Below are positions 57,385-64,000 of a stretch of DNA of 64,000 nt, piece by piece. The stretch is from the NCBI GenBank assembly GCA_902634075.1, contig CACPJA010000001.1, forward strand, positions 25,629 through 89,628, read 5' to 3'. Numbering within the stretch: position 1 is the first letter of the stretch; each line of letters opens with the position of its first letter. The stretch comes from an uncultured Gammaproteobacteria bacterium (GTDB lineage: Bacteria; Pseudomonadota; Gammaproteobacteria; Steroidobacterales; UBA11654). The position numbers were made by a program, and so were the translations under genes. The notes under the pieces are model-generated. The model was not told the origin of the DNA and did no database searches. It saw nothing but the letters and a program-made list of their open reading frames with translations.

Positions 57385-58881
57385 ATGAACAACGAAGCGA
57401 TAGAGAACAATTCTAACGACGGTTTTTTTGGCCACCCAATCGGCCTGAGAACTTTGTTTTTGACTGAGATGTGGGAGCGGATGTCCTATTATGGAATGCG
57501 TGCACTTTTGGTGCTTTATATGACTGGAGCGCTTACTGGTTTTAACCCTGGTTTGGGTTGGAGCAGCCTTGAGGCTCAGGCCATTTATGGGATTTATGTG
57601 GGCATGGTTTACTTTATGGTGATCCCCGGCGGTTGGCTTGCTGATAACTTGCTAGGACATCAAAAAGCTGTTCTCTATGGTGCAATTATTATAGCCCTGG
57701 GTCATTTCACTTTGGCATTACCGATGGAACAAACTTTTTTTCTAGGCTTGATTTTCGTTGTTCTTGGAACCGGCCTCTTAAAAGGAAATATTTCTACTAT
57801 CGTAGGAAAACTCTACAGAGAAGATGATGACCGAAGAGAGTCCGGGTACACCATTTTCTATATGGCAATCAACATTGGCTCAACGCTAGGCTTTCTGGTG
57901 TGCTCCTACTTAGGAGAAAAAATAGGGTGGCATTGGGGCTTTGGGGCTGCCGGTATTGGTATGACCTTTGGGGTGATACAGTTCATCAAATCAAAAGACC
58001 TGTTGGGTGCCGCAGGCGCGGAACCAAACCCAATTGATGAAAGCAGGCGCTCTAAGATGGTTACGTGGACGAAAGTCAGCTTGGTGGTTATGTTTGTAGT
58101 AATTCTAAGCGGTCTTTTTGGTCTCTTCACAGTTGATGCAAGGCTCTTTGCTGAAAGCTTTTATTACTTTTTGTGTTTTGTGGCGGGCACCTACTTTCTT
58201 TACCTGTATTTCCTGGCTGGGCTGAACAGTAACGAAAAAAAGAACCTTGTTCTGCTTGCTCTCTTGTTTATAGGTGCAGCGGCATTTTGGTCAGGCTTCG
58301 ATCAATCGGCGAGTTCTCTGAGTATTTTTGCTAGGGACTACACAGATCTTTCAGTAAGAGGTTACATTATCCCAATAGGTTGGCTACAGTTTGCCAATCC
58401 AATTTTTGTGGTTATTTTTGCGCCTATTTTTGCTGGGGCTTGGATGCATCTTGCCAAAAGAAACCTCAATCCATCCTTGCCGATAAAGTTTGCTTTAGGT
58501 TTGGCGCTAATGGCGCTGAGCTTTATTGTTATGCTCTATGCGGTTGAGTTAGCTCTTGTTTCCTCTCCCGTCGGTATGAGGTGGTTAATTATTACCTACC
58601 TCCTTCAAACCTGGGGTGAGTTGGCCCTATCGCCTGTGGGCTTAGCGGCGTTTTCGAAATACTCGCCTAAGAAATACGTGGGGCAAATGTTCGGTCTTTG
58701 GTTTACTGCTTCTGCAATCGGTGGTGTTCTCGCCGGTTTGTTAGGTGGAGATGCCTTGGGTGCGGGTTTAGATAGTATTTCGCCAGTCTTCGGGTTTATG
58801 GTTAGGTACTACCTCCTAATAGCTCTTGGCTTAATAATCCTCTCGTTTGTTATAAAAACCGCAAAAAACACCGAAAACTAA
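57385..58881 (+). CDS. POT/PTR proton-dependent oligopeptide transporter
   Basis: EMWERMSYYGM (ExxERF-like), GLLKGNIST, FYMAINIGS, GELALSPVG. Confidence 0.93.
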   Translation: MNNEAIENNSNDGFFGHPIGLRTLFLTEMWERMSYYGMRALLVLYMTGALTGFNPGLGWSSLEAQAIYGIYVGMVYFMVIPGGWLADNLLGHQKAVLYGAIIIALGHFTLALPMEQTFFLGLIFVVLGTGLLKGNISTIVGKLYREDDDRRESGYTIFYMAINIGSTLGFLVCSYLGEKIGWHWGFGAAGIGMTFGVIQFIKSKDLLGAAGAEPNPIDESRRSKMVTWTKVSLVVMFVVILSGLFGLFTVDARLFAESFYYFLCFVAGTYFLYLYFLAGLNSNEKKNLVLLALLFIGAAAFWSGFDQSASSLSIFARDYTDLSVRGYIIPIGWLQFANPIFVVIFAPIFAGAWMHLAKRNLNPSLPIKFALGLALMALSFIVMLYAVELALVSSPVGMRWLIITYLLQTWGELALSPVGLAAFSKYSPKKYVGQMFGLWFTASAIGGVLAGLLGGDALGAGLDSISPVFGFMVRYYLLIALGLIILSFVIKTAKNTEN

Positions 58882-59020
58882 GGCCCTTGTTGTTTTTTGG
58901 CAACTTTTAACCTTGTAACAAACAGTTTCAGGTCGTTTTATTATTTGGATTTTTGGCGTCTCTCGGTTACATTATTAGTCGTCAATTAACGGTATGTTAA
59001 TTAAACAAAGGGGAGAATAA

Positions 59021-62000
59021 ATGAAACATATAAATCGTTTCATTGTGGGAGTTAGTCTCGCAATGCTTATCGTGACCCCAAACCTGTTTTCTCAAGTGAT
59101 TGAGGAGATTGTGGTTACGGCACGTAAAAAAGAAGAAAATCTACAGGATGTGGCTATTTCGGTAAACGCAATAAGTTCAGAGATGATTAACCGATTGGGA
59201 ATCAAAGACCTCAATGACGTTACCAAGATGGACCCATCATTAACATTTGATAGAGGGTTTGCGCCTGATGATATTCGAATAGCTATTCGTGGTATCGTTA
59301 ACAACAGAGGGCGCCCAGTGGTTGCGACTGTTGTGGACGGTGTTGACATATCAAGCGAAACTCTTTCAACTGCGGGTTCATCGTCTTTAATATCACCAAG
59401 AATTATTGATGTTGAACGAATTGAGGTTGTTAAAGGGCCTCAAATTGCACTGTACGGAAGAACGGCGTTTGCTGGTGCCATACAATATGTCACCAAGGAC
59501 GCTGCTGATGAGCTTGAAACCAGTGTGAGCCTAGATGTTGCTCAAGACGGTTTTCATGAGACCAGGTTAACCACATCAGGTCCTATCTCAGACACCATGG
59601 GCTTTCGCTTTAACGCTTTGGCTTGGGACTTTGATGGCTTCCACACAAACTCATTAAGCGGTCAGAATGTCGGAGGTGGCGAAGGTGTGAGCGCAGCTTT
59701 AACTTTCGTTATTGAACCAAATGATCGACTTAAAATTAAGACGCGACTTGATTACACAAATGATGAATATGCTTCTCCTGCTCAAGCTAGGGTAGCCCAC
59801 AACGTTCTACGTCAACTGCCAGGTGATGCTAGTCGATGTAATGGTGGTTTTGTGAGAGACGCTAGTTGTGATGGAGATGCTGCGGTTTTAGAAGCGGCAA
59901 TGGCCTTAACGCCATCTACTGTTTGGACCTGTAACCCCTTTGATGGGTCCACTCCGGGATGTTCTCAAGGTCTAATTCCTTTTGCTTCTCCTTGGTATCC
60001 GTTAAAGCCTGCTTTTCCAGGCGGTCCAATGATACCTGATGCCACTAAAGTTGGTTATGCCAGCACGGGGCTAGAAGGCGATAGAGTAACCGGGATTCCT
60101 TATATGGGTCACTTTGATGACATGTGGCATCCTGGCTATGAAGGGTTTATGGTTGATGGAGATGACCTTGTTATTGCACAAGATCCTAACCGAGCTCATG
60201 CGGGCTACAACAAGGGTCGAGACATGTTTGGCTCCCAAAAAGAAGGTGAAAGACTCCAAATCAATGTCACTTATGATGGTGACAACGTCACCTTTAGTTC
60301 GTTTACCCACATTGCTGATATGAATGTGGCGCAACAATACGATATTGATAAAGAGCCAGTTCGACATTTTTTGAATGAATACAACGTCTGGGGTCCAACC
60401 AAGCTTTTCAGTCAAGAAATGAGGCTAGCAACCAATAATGATGGTCCTTTCAATGTAACGGGAGGGGCGCTTTATTGGCACGAAGAAATGACTCAAAACA
60501 ACAACACTCTCAGCTCAAGGGGTTTTGGATCAAGGTGTTTAATAAGAGTGCATCGTGATTATTTTGGAAACATTTTAGGGATAGAGGATCTAGGTTTTTC
60601 TTACTTCTCTGGCCCTTGCGGTTATACAGATACCGATATTAATGTCCACGCAGAAGGTTTGATGGCTGGTAGAAATGCTAACCCAACATTTACTGCCAGA
60701 GACACCCAACACTTCTCGCTCTATACGGTTATGGATTATGACTTTACTGACAGATTCACGGCTTCAATGGAGCTGAGGTGGACAGACGAGAGTGAAGATA
60801 TGACCGGCCCAATGTCACAAAGTGTCGATACCGGCATACCAGGCAGAGCAGATCCGCCAACGGCTGGTCCTAGCTCTGTGGAAATTTGTGGTGCGGGTGC
60901 TCGTTGTGATGCTGCAGCTCTTTCAGCTGTTGGTTGGCCAGTAAGTACTTTTGTCCAAATTCCGGCTTCGCTACCTATGGGTTGGAGAGGCTATGAAACA
61001 GTGCCAAGCATCCCTATAACGTTTTCTAAAGAGGGAACTTATGTGTCACCGAAGCTAACACTTCGTTATCAAGCAGATGATGATCTTATGCTTTTTGGCT
61101 CATTCTCTGAAGCAAGGAAGCCAGGTGGTTTCTCCTCAATTTCAGTTGGTGCTTTTGGTATAGACCCTAACCAAGATGGCAACCCTGAAGAGATCAGCTA
61201 TGACGAAGAGGTTATGGATGTTTGGGAGCTTGGATTTAAGTCAATTCTTCTAGACGGTGCTATGAGGCTTAATGGTGCCATGTTCTTTGAGGATTACACT
61301 GATCGTCAAGTTAGTGTGCAAAAAGTTATTGGCACGCAGCTCGGTAACGTTATTGAAAACGCAGCCGGTGGCCAGGTCTTTGGGTTTGAATACGATCTCC
61401 AGTGGCTGTTAAGCGATAATGTGACGCTTTCAGGCGGATATTCCTATCTAGACAGTAAGTACACTGACTTTAAGCTGACATCTACAGGTGCAGGTGAGAT
61501 AGCTAGGGTCGGCAACTGTAATATAGTGCTTGTTGAAGGCTCTAAATCTTGTGAAATCGACAGAACAGGCAATGTCTTTGAGCGTGCTCCGAAACATGCG
61601 GCGAACATCAACATTAACTACACCGATGAGTTCAGAAACACCGGTGCAATGTTCTTTGTTGAGTTGAACTCTAGATATCAAGACAAGCGTGCGATCGATT
61701 TTGATAACAACGTTTGGTTGAAAGATTATTGGAGATTTGACTTACGAACCGGCTTCACCAAGGATAACTGGGAAGGCATCCTATATGTGAAGAACCTCCT
61801 AGATGACGACACGGTTATCTCGGGCGGTAACGGACCAGATATCGGGTTTTCAGACTTTAGGTTTGGCATGGTCTTCACGACCTGTCAACCGTTCCCTGGC
61901 GGACCACAAATTGGTGCGTGTACGCCTGGCGGACCTGGAAAGTGGACCAACCCTAACGGCAAAATTGCAGGGCCCAGCATCACAGCTGCTCCTTCCATTG

Positions 62001-62068
62001 GTAACCAGTGGTATGCAAGCAAGCCTGATCCGAGACAGGTTGGTTTAAGAGTGACTTATAGCTTTTAA
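59021..62068 (+). CDS. TonB-dependent receptor, cysteine-rich
   Basis: Signal peptide, IEEIVVTARK, ERIEVVKGPQ..LYG, C-terminal PRQVGLRVTYSF. Confidence 0.93.
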   Translation: MKHINRFIVGVSLAMLIVTPNLFSQVIEEIVVTARKKEENLQDVAISVNAISSEMINRLGIKDLNDVTKMDPSLTFDRGFAPDDIRIAIRGIVNNRGRPVVATVVDGVDISSETLSTAGSSSLISPRIIDVERIEVVKGPQIALYGRTAFAGAIQYVTKDAADELETSVSLDVAQDGFHETRLTTSGPISDTMGFRFNALAWDFDGFHTNSLSGQNVGGGEGVSAALTFVIEPNDRLKIKTRLDYTNDEYASPAQARVAHNVLRQLPGDASRCNGGFVRDASCDGDAAVLEAAMALTPSTVWTCNPFDGSTPGCSQGLIPFASPWYPLKPAFPGGPMIPDATKVGYASTGLEGDRVTGIPYMGHFDDMWHPGYEGFMVDGDDLVIAQDPNRAHAGYNKGRDMFGSQKEGERLQINVTYDGDNVTFSSFTHIADMNVAQQYDIDKEPVRHFLNEYNVWGPTKLFSQEMRLATNNDGPFNVTGGALYWHEEMTQNNNTLSSRGFGSRCLIRVHRDYFGNILGIEDLGFSYFSGPCGYTDTDINVHAEGLMAGRNANPTFTARDTQHFSLYTVMDYDFTDRFTASMELRWTDESEDMTGPMSQSVDTGIPGRADPPTAGPSSVEICGAGARCDAAALSAVGWPVSTFVQIPASLPMGWRGYETVPSIPITFSKEGTYVSPKLTLRYQADDDLMLFGSFSEARKPGGFSSISVGAFGIDPNQDGNPEEISYDEEVMDVWELGFKSILLDGAMRLNGAMFFEDYTDRQVSVQKVIGTQLGNVIENAAGGQVFGFEYDLQWLLSDNVTLSGGYSYLDSKYTDFKLTSTGAGEIARVGNCNIVLVEGSKSCEIDRTGNVFERAPKHAANININYTDEFRNTGAMFFVELNSRYQDKRAIDFDNNVWLKDYWRFDLRTGFTKDNWEGILYVKNLLDDDTVISGGNGPDIGFSDFRFGMVFTTCQPFPGGPQIGACTPGGPGKWTNPNGKIAGPSITAAPSIGNQWYASKPDPRQVGLRVTYSF

Positions 62069-62090
62069 ATCTAGTCTGTTATAAACGATT

Positions 62091-62125
62091 AATAAGCCCC
62101 TTGTAATAAGGGGCTTATTTTTTTC
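62091..62125. terminator. Rho-independent terminator between TBDR and NUDIX genes, possibly bidirectional
   Basis: AATAAGCCCCTT-GTAAT-AAGGGGCTTATT inverted repeat followed by a T-tract. Confidence 0.85.
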
Positions 62126-62642
62126 TAAAGGACAACTCCTCATTAACAATCCCTTGAGAGGCCAGCCAATCTTTTGCTGCCTGACCTGTTCCGCTAGGCC
62201 AGGTCTTTAGCTCTTGTGTTTTGATAATTTTGTAATCAACAATCTCATTGGTGTCCAGGGTTATGTCGTCATCATCAACCAGAACATCGTAAGCAATAAT
62301 GATTTGATTCATCTCAAAAAAACTGTAGACACCAACCAAAGACTGCACCGTTCCATTTAAGCCAATCTCTTCTTTTACTTCTCTTAAAACACCCTCTTCT
62401 GCGGTTTCTCCTGCCTCGTGGAAGCCGGTTACTAGGCTGTACCAATGTTTTGGCCAACCAATTGCCTGTATCAGTATAACCTCGTCTCTGCGGTGGGTGA
62501 TGGCAGCCAAAACAGGTGTTGGATTATTCCAAAACACAAACCCACACTCTTTGCCTGTGCACTGCCTTCGTTCTGCGCCCCCAATTGTTTTGGTCTCGAG
62601 TGGATCGGTGCAAAGCGGACAGAACTTATATTCATTTAGCAT
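62115..62642 (-). CDS. NUDIX hydrolase with N-terminal zinc ribbon (NudC-like)
   Basis: FCPLC...C....C, NPTPV, GFHEAGETAEEGVLREVKEEIG Nudix box. Confidence 0.9.
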   Translation of the reverse strand: MLNEYKFCPLCTDPLETKTIGGAERRQCTGKECGFVFWNNPTPVLAAITHRRDEVILIQAIGWPKHWYSLVTGFHEAGETAEEGVLREVKEEIGLNGTVQSLVGVYSFFEMNQIIIAYDVLVDDDDITLDTNEIVDYKIIKTQELKTWPSGTGQAAKDWLASQGIVNEELSFRKK

Positions 62643-62758
62643 TAATATACTCTAAACCCATGTTGTTTTGATTTATAGCTGTTTATTGTGAATAAGATCT
62701 AGCTAGCGATATTAAAAAAAACCATAGATAATGTTCTGGATAGTTTTAGGAGTAAATT

Positions 62759-63055
62759 ATGTCGGTTTATTTGGTTTCCGTTTGTGAAATTACAAACATG
62801 AACGAAGGTTTAAAAGAATACGCTCAAAAGTCAGCTGAGCTAATACAACAATTTGGTGGCTCGTATAACGTAAGGGGTCCAGCGCTTGAAGTATGCGAAG
62901 GCGAAATGTTGGCGGGTAAGAGTGTAATAATTACAGAGTTTCCAGATGTAGAATCTGTCCATGCTTTTTGGAACAGCGATGAATACAAACAAATTAAGCC
63001 TAAGCGGGTGGGCACAGGAAATTATGATATAGGTATTTTTGGGGGAGCAGAATAA
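62759..63055 (+). CDS. DUF1330 family protein
   Basis: YAQKSAELIQQFGGSY.VRG, EG, EFPD......FWNSDEY. Confidence 0.85.
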   Translation: MSVYLVSVCEITNMNEGLKEYAQKSAELIQQFGGSYNVRGPALEVCEGEMLAGKSVIITEFPDVESVHAFWNSDEYKQIKPKRVGTGNYDIGIFGGAE

Positions 63056-63057
63056 AG

Positions 63058-63480
63058 ATGGGCTATGACGACGACAATGTCTTTGCCAAAATACTTCGTG
63101 ACGAGATGCCGTCTCATAGAGTTTATGAGGATGAGCAAACTCTTGCCTTCATGGATATTATGCCCGTTTCAAAAGGCCACACATTGGTTATACCCAAAAC
63201 CAAAGGTGAAAATATTTTTGACCTCGATGCGGAGTCTTTGGCTGCTGTCATCAAGACCACAAAAAGGGTTGCTGAGGCAATAAAAAAAGCTCTTGAGCCT
63301 TCTGGTGTGATTGTTACCCAGCTAAACGGTGCCAAAGCTGGTCAGACTGTTTTTCATTATCATATGCACATAATTCCAGTTTACGAAAAAGCGCCCTTCC
63401 AACCACATGCAAACGATCTCGAGGACTCAGAGATCCTAGCATCAACCGCAGAAACAATTAAGCAAACGCTTTTACAATAA
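63058..63480 (+). CDS. HIT family hydrolase
   Basis: NVFAKIL, AFMDIMP, GHTLVIPK, AGQTVFHYHMHIIP. Confidence 0.93.
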   Translation: MGYDDDNVFAKILRDEMPSHRVYEDEQTLAFMDIMPVSKGHTLVIPKTKGENIFDLDAESLAAVIKTTKRVAEAIKKALEPSGVIVTQLNGAKAGQTVFHYHMHIIPVYEKAPFQPHANDLEDSEILASTAETIKQTLLQ

Positions 63481-63896
63481 TGAATTTGATAGAGTTTATT
63501 AACAACTACCCTCTTCTTGTTGGTGGCACTATAGGTGTTTTTTTGCTGGCAGTTTTCAATGAGTTAAAAATTAAAGAGTCTAATATCTGTGGGTTAACGC
63601 CGGCTGAGGCTGTCAAGCTTATAAACAATAATGCGGTAATTTATGACTTAAGGGACCCAAAAGACTTTGAAAAGAGGCATATATTAAATGCCGTTAACAT
63701 TAATCAAGACGAGATTATGGGAAACCCGCCTAACAAAAAGAGCGCTATGGTGCTTGTTTGTGATGGTGGGGGCTTAAGCAAAAAAACAAGTCTGTCTTTA
63801 AGGTCAAAAAACCTTGATAATGTCTTTTATATAAAAGGCGGGCACTTGGAGTGGGAAAATAACTCTCTACCCTGCGAAACCAATGATAAGGAGTAA
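63480..63896 (+). CDS. Membrane-anchored rhodanese-like protein (YibN-like)
   Basis: N-terminal TM, DLR...F...HILNAVNI, LVCDGG, GGHLEW; upstream of secB. Confidence 0.85.
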   Translation: MNLIEFINNYPLLVGGTIGVFLLAVFNELKIKESNICGLTPAEAVKLINNNAVIYDLRDPKDFEKRHILNAVNINQDEIMGNPPNKKSAMVLVCDGGGLSKKTSLSLRSKNLDNVFYIKGGHLEWENNSLPCETNDKE

Positions 63897-63898
63897 TC

Positions 63899-64000
63899 AT
63901 GTCAGATACTAAGGAAGAGAGACTGGTTTCATTGCAAACCATGTATATAAAGGATGTGTCCTTTGAGGCGCCCAATAGTCCTGGCGTATTCTTAGAAGAA
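63899..64000 (+). CDS. secB: Protein export chaperone SecB (partial)
   Basis: AAGGAG RBS; MSDTKEERLVSLQTMYIKDVSFEAPNSPGVF. Confidence 0.9.
   Translation, partial: MSDTKEERLVSLQTMYIKDVSFEAPNSPGVFLEE

Noticed and set aside
1-64000. CRISPR arrays, tRNA/rRNA genes, riboswitches, IS elements
   Set aside because: Intergenic gaps are short and none showed such structure on manual reading; an Rfam/tRNAscan run would be needed to exclude small RNAs

Overview
Gene-dense, AT-rich chromosomal backbone of what looks like a streamlined gammaproteobacterium. A marine lifestyle is inferred from gene content and is not proven. Order: polA (partial) with an unannotated lptM-like lipoprotein; an accessory-looking plus-strand run (exonuclease I, ACAD10/11-like dehydrogenase + kinase pair, two exported MBL-fold proteins, a DDN/F420-reductase::2OG-Fe(II) oxygenase fusion, a cytidylyltransferase::cupin fusion); a membrane-anchored azurin; hemY-xerC-ubiE-ubiB; a complete trpEGDCFBA operon with leader peptide and attenuator; ybbAP/tesA; pyrF, aroKB, gltA, rpmE; a ~400-bp DnaA-box/IHF-site element (DARS-like or oriC); gmk-rpoZ-spoT-ridA-recG-ubiC-ubiA; a CoxMNOP-type oxidase operon with ctaA; uvrD; trkAH; a TRAP transporter; dtd-tatABC; a POT transporter plus a Cys-rich TonB-dependent receptor; and secB (partial). 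I saw no rRNA, tRNA, CRISPR, prophage or IS element. Best leads: (1) the DDN::2OG-oxygenase fusion joined across an A9 tract, where one A fewer would split it into two ATGA-coupled genes; (2) an azurin carried on a cytochrome-c5-like membrane anchor; (3) the DARS/oriC-like element; (4) a possible lactone/4-hydroxy-acid catabolic module. All protein calls come from motif recognition by eye; no database search was run.
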